Shown: positions 16,277 to 19,424 of the stretch, in pieces
How the letters are laid out: each line of letters begins with the position of its first letter
Position numbering within the stretch: position 1 is the first letter of the stretch
NCBI GenBank assembly: GCA_039683575.1
Contig: JBDKRC010000009.1
Location: 1 to 19,424 of the forward strand
Length of the DNA: 19,424 nucleotides
Direction: 5' to 3'
Origin: Armatimonadia bacterium
GTDB lineage: Bacteria > Armatimonadota > Zipacnadia > Zipacnadales > UBA11051
Translations under genes and position numbers: made by a program
The notes under the pieces: generated by a model
Databases searched by the model: none
The model's input: only the letters and a program-made list of their open reading frames with translations
What the model was told of the DNA's origin: nothing

Positions 16277-16306
16277 ACGGCGGCTCTCTCCAGAGAGCCG
16301 CCGTTT
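16277..16306 (+). terminator. Intrinsic terminator of the plus-strand SDR gene
   Basis: ACGGCGGCTCTC-tcca-GAGAGCCGCCGT-TT, perfect 12-bp stem. Confidence 0.65.
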
Positions 16307-16329
16307 GCCGTTCTGGCCCCTCGTGCGCT

Positions 16330-16353
16330 GTGGGAGCGGTCTCCAGACCGCGA
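16330..16353 (+). repeat. GTGG/GTAG-family REP-like element
   Basis: GTGG-GA-GCGGTCT-cc-AGACCGC-GA: tetranucleotide head, GA spacer, GC-rich palindrome, trailing GA; extragenic. Confidence 0.6.
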
Positions 16354-16381
16354 CTGTGCCTGCGGGGCCCTCGCCTTCCGC

Positions 16382-16423
16382 AAACGAAAACGGGGAGAGC
16401 CTGCCTCAGCCGGCTCTCCCCGT
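16382..16423 (-). terminator. Intrinsic terminator of the SLBB export gene
   Basis: 12-bp stem ACGGGGAGAGCC/GGCTCTCCCCGT (16390-16423), 10-nt loop, followed on the minus strand by TTTCGTTT. Confidence 0.7.
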
Positions 16424-16456
16424 CGTTTCTGCGGTATGCTATGGCGTCAGGGTCGC

Positions 16457-19192
16457 CTAGAAGATCAGCGCCGCCGCTGCCAGACTGACAATGTCGCGCA
16501 GGATACTGGTCGATGCGGTCTTCACACGCTTGAACATGTGCTCCGACGGCACGATCAGCACATCTCCGGCCTCAATCAGAGTGTCCTTGGTCGCCGGCGA
16601 AGCCGAGCCGTTGGCACGCACCACAATCATCCGGCCAAGATTGGCGTCAGGCGTAGGCCCGCCAGCCTCTTTGACCAGGTCCAGAGGGTATCCGGCCATG
16701 GACTGCAGAGCCCCCGGTGAGTTCACGCTGCCGATAACCGTGACGAAATCAACCTTCTTCGGAATCCGCACGATGTCGCCGCGATGCAGCTCCAGGTTGC
16801 CCTCCCGCCCCTTTGACGCCATGAGCTTCGCGCCATCAATCGGCACCGCGTTGATCCACTGCCCGACGCTCAGCATCCGCGGCGGCGTCACCAGCACCGC
16901 GCCATCCTGGGTTCCCAGGAGCTTGGAGACCTGCCGGCCAACCTGCTGGCCCATTATGTCCTGCTGCTGCGAGGTGGACAGCACCGATCCCGACGCGCCG
17001 GGAACTTCCCGGTTCAACATCGCCAGGACCTGATTCAGATCCGCCATCCGGTCCTTCGACACCAATTCGGTCCTGACGCGGTAGACGACAATCCCCTTCG
17101 GGTTGGCATCTTCCATCAGCCCGTCAGCACGCTGGATCAGGTCGTAGACGGTATCTCCCTCGCGCTTCCCCGGCTCTCCGAGGTTCAGCGCATAGCTTCC
17201 TGGCTTGACGACTCGGCCCTCGATAGCGGCCACCGGCGGCACCGTTGTAAAGTCAGTTGCGCCAATGACGCCCAGACGGTCGTCGTCCTTGAGCAGGATG
17301 TCAGGCTCCACGCTAACCCCTGTCGCCGTCGGCTTCACAGCCAGCAACTGGCTGCTGCTAGCGCCTGAGAAGCGCCCCGGCGTGTACTGCACCGAACTGC
17401 CCGCGTCCGGCCGCAGACCGCCCGAGGCCATGATCGCGTCGGAGGCCTTCATGCCCTCATACCGCGCATAGCTCCCCGGTGACCGCACGAACCCATCCAC
17501 ATGGACCAGGCTATCCTCAACCACGCTGCTTCTGGGCAGAACATTGAGCGTGTCGCCGCGCTGCAGGACCACATTCGCCTCAGCCACGCCTCGCGCTGCG
17601 TCCACCAGGTTCAGCGGGATGATCTGCAAGCGCTGGTCGGGCCGCACCCGCAGAAGCTCAGCGCGCTCCGTGAGGGCGCCCGGCAGCAGATCGCCAGCCA
17701 GCAGAACCAGTTCCTGAACCGTCATCTTCTCCACAAACGGGTACTCGCCCGGCTTGCGGACCTGGCCTGTGATGCTGACCACTGCCGAACTCAGCACCTC
17801 ATCCTTCAGATAGACCGTGACGATGTCCCGCGGCTGCAGAGTCCGGTCATCCTTGCCCGAAAGCGCGTCCTGCAGGTTGAACGGGATCAGTTCATACTCA
17901 AACTTATCGTTGAGCCGCTGGATCGTCGCATGCTGGATGTGCGCCTTGTCCGTCGGCCCCTGGGCAAGCTCCACCAGCTTGCGCACCGTCAGGCCGGGCG
18001 TCACCTGGTACACCCCGGGCCTCCGTACTGGCCCGCGCAGCTCAACCGTATTCGCCAGATCTTCCACCAGCGTAGCCACATTCACCAGATCGCCGTCGGC
18101 CAGGGCCAGCTTGCCCCGCTCCGCCGACGTGCTCGCATCCGCCTGCAGCATCAGGTTCCACATCCGCTGCTGGTCCGGTCGCCAGATCTCCACCGACTTG
18201 GCATACGCATCGCGCCTGAACCCCGAGGCCATGTCAATCGCGTCCTGCAGGGTCGCGCCGTCCAGCAGCTCATACCGCGCCGGACGCCGCACTGCCCCGG
18301 CCACGCCGATCTCGATCCCGGCCGGCGGCACAAAGACCGTATCCCCCGCCTGCAGCAGCGTATCGGCATCACGCTTGCCGTACATCAGGAATTGATACAG
18401 GTCCACGACACGATCCTGCTGCCCATTGCGCAGCAGCCGAATCTTGCGGTATGACCCCGTATCCGACGGCCCACCGGCAGCGTATAGCGCCGCAAACACC
18501 GTAGCATTCCCCGGAAGCGTGAACTTCCCGGGCTGCATCACATCGCCAATCACGTATGCATCGGTCACACGCGGCCGCACCAACTCCAGCACGATCCGCG
18601 GCTGTGCATAGAACTTCGTGGCTTGCGTAGCGATCAGGTCCTGAACCTCGGCCAGCGTCTTGCCTGAGACTGTGACCTTCCCGAGCACCGGCAGCGTAAT
18701 ATACCCATCGGCGGCCACGAGGGCCTCGACGGTGGCATGCTGCCGGTTCTGGCTCCAGATCTCAACATGCAGCCGGTCCGCCGGCCCGATCAGGTAATCT
18801 GGGGAGACTGGAATATTGGCCAGCGGGCTGCCAAGCGGCTCGCGCACGTCCTGCGGCTGTTCGGTCGGCATCGGTATGATCCGGTTGCCCGCGAACACCT
18901 CCGCGCCGAACCGGACCAGACCCGTGTACAGCGCCGCCGCGCTGGCCGGTGTAGCCGCCGCCTGCGGAGGTGCCTGCGTCTGGGCTTCCGGCGGCTGCAC
19001 CGTCGGCGCGCCCAGCTCCGGAGTCGGATTCGGCACCGGGATCAAGTTGACGCCATTGTCAGGCCCAATGACCTTGCCGGCGGGCGGCTGAGCAGGCGGC
19101 GCGGGCGCTGTCTGAGACAGAGCCACCACCGGAATGAGCGCGAGCAGCAGGATCATTACGCGGCCAAAAGCCGGCCCGTTAGCACGAACCAT
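16457..19192 (-). CDS. Polysaccharide export protein with Poly_export domain and about 7 SLBB repeats (long OPX, KpsD/OtnA-like), 911 aa
   Basis: Signal-like N-terminus without lipobox Cys; DYLIGPADRL...DGYITLPVLG..GKT; seven V.G.V..PG-type repeats; C-terminal amphipathic helix. Start ATG 19192 (GGAGG upstream). Confidence 0.92.
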   Translation of the reverse strand: MVRANGPAFGRVMILLLALIPVVALSQTAPAPPAQPPAGKVIGPDNGVNLIPVPNPTPELGAPTVQPPEAQTQAPPQAAATPASAAALYTGLVRFGAEVFAGNRIIPMPTEQPQDVREPLGSPLANIPVSPDYLIGPADRLHVEIWSQNRQHATVEALVAADGYITLPVLGKVTVSGKTLAEVQDLIATQATKFYAQPRIVLELVRPRVTDAYVIGDVMQPGKFTLPGNATVFAALYAAGGPSDTGSYRKIRLLRNGQQDRVVDLYQFLMYGKRDADTLLQAGDTVFVPPAGIEIGVAGAVRRPARYELLDGATLQDAIDMASGFRRDAYAKSVEIWRPDQQRMWNLMLQADASTSAERGKLALADGDLVNVATLVEDLANTVELRGPVRRPGVYQVTPGLTVRKLVELAQGPTDKAHIQHATIQRLNDKFEYELIPFNLQDALSGKDDRTLQPRDIVTVYLKDEVLSSAVVSITGQVRKPGEYPFVEKMTVQELVLLAGDLLPGALTERAELLRVRPDQRLQIIPLNLVDAARGVAEANVVLQRGDTLNVLPRSSVVEDSLVHVDGFVRSPGSYARYEGMKASDAIMASGGLRPDAGSSVQYTPGRFSGASSSQLLAVKPTATGVSVEPDILLKDDDRLGVIGATDFTTVPPVAAIEGRVVKPGSYALNLGEPGKREGDTVYDLIQRADGLMEDANPKGIVVYRVRTELVSKDRMADLNQVLAMLNREVPGASGSVLSTSQQQDIMGQQVGRQVSKLLGTQDGAVLVTPPRMLSVGQWINAVPIDGAKLMASKGREGNLELHRGDIVRIPKKVDFVTVIGSVNSPGALQSMAGYPLDLVKEAGGPTPDANLGRMIVVRANGSASPATKDTLIEAGDVLIVPSEHMFKRVKTASTSILRDIVSLAAAALIF

Positions 19193-19298
19193 TGACAATA
19201 CCTCCAACGGCTATGGCCCCAAGCGCGGGGCTCTTCATCAACAATAACACCACAGTGTAGCGTAAATTCGCTTTCGACACCACAGACACCTTTTCGCC

Positions 19299-19424
19299 TG
19301 TCGCTGCCAAGTAGTAATGTCCCTCTTGTGCAAAGTAGAAATGTCCCTTCGGCGAACTGAAGGGTATGAAGTTACTGATGAGCCACAAGGAACGCAACTA
19401 CAGCAAGGTACTCGAGCAGCTTGA
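19299..19424 (+). mobile_element. Left end of an IS1202-like (ISNCY) insertion sequence, truncated by the window
   Basis: Begins TGT at 19299. Two subterminal 20-nt repeats with a 24-nt period (TGCCAAGTAGTAATGTCCCT 19305-19324; TGCAAAGTAGAAATGTCCCT 19329-19348), immediately followed by a transposase-like ORF start. Confidence 0.75.
19366..19424 (+). CDS. Transposase N-terminus (partial), IS1202/ISNCY-like
   Basis: MKLLMSHKERNYSKVLEQL is open to the window end and resembles the MS.KE..R..VL N-terminus recalled for these transposases. Only 19 codons are visible. Confidence 0.6.
   Translation, partial: MKLLMSHKERNYSKVLEQL

Noticed and set aside
517-19195. Many long antisense or alternate-frame ORFs (e.g. 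517-1314, 5089-5805, 10003-10785, 15688-16383, 17501-18454)
   Set aside because: They are shadows of real genes in high-GC DNA, have no recognisable motifs, and overlap well-supported CDSs.
19237-19268. dif/Xer-like site near the IS end (minus strand ATTTACGCTACA...TTATTGTTGAT)
   Set aside because: Poor match to the XerC/XerD arms and spacing, and about 30 bp from the IS end.
19305-19348. Tandem 20-nt repeats as a CRISPR array or iterons
   Set aside because: Only two copies 4 nt apart with no spacers; better explained as IS subterminal repeats.

Overview
High-GC bacterial window dominated by a Wzy-type surface-polysaccharide locus. One long minus-strand run (14758 to 2190) encodes a GlmU-like nucleotidyltransferase, a GHMP sugar kinase, a UDP-hexose/HexNAc 4-epimerase, a kinase-less polysaccharide co-polymerase, an oligogalacturonate-lyase-like beta-propeller, three tandem GT2 paralogs, a Wzy/O-antigen-ligase-family protein, and a WecA/TagO-like initiating transferase fused to half of a GT4 fold. 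A divergent plus-strand UDP-glucuronate-decarboxylase-like SDR separates this run from a 911-aa multi-SLBB export protein. The left end holds two Pro/Gly/Met-rich hypothetical proteins. The right end holds the terminus and transposase start of an IS1202-like (ISNCY) element that the ORF track misses. The most interesting signal is the overlapping nucleotidyltransferase and kinase pair. Its kinase sugar-binding motif (GRHVDH instead of galactokinase GEHTDY) suggests a bacterial uronic-acid salvage route to NDP-uronate feeding the polysaccharide. All family calls come from motif recognition by eye; no searches were run.
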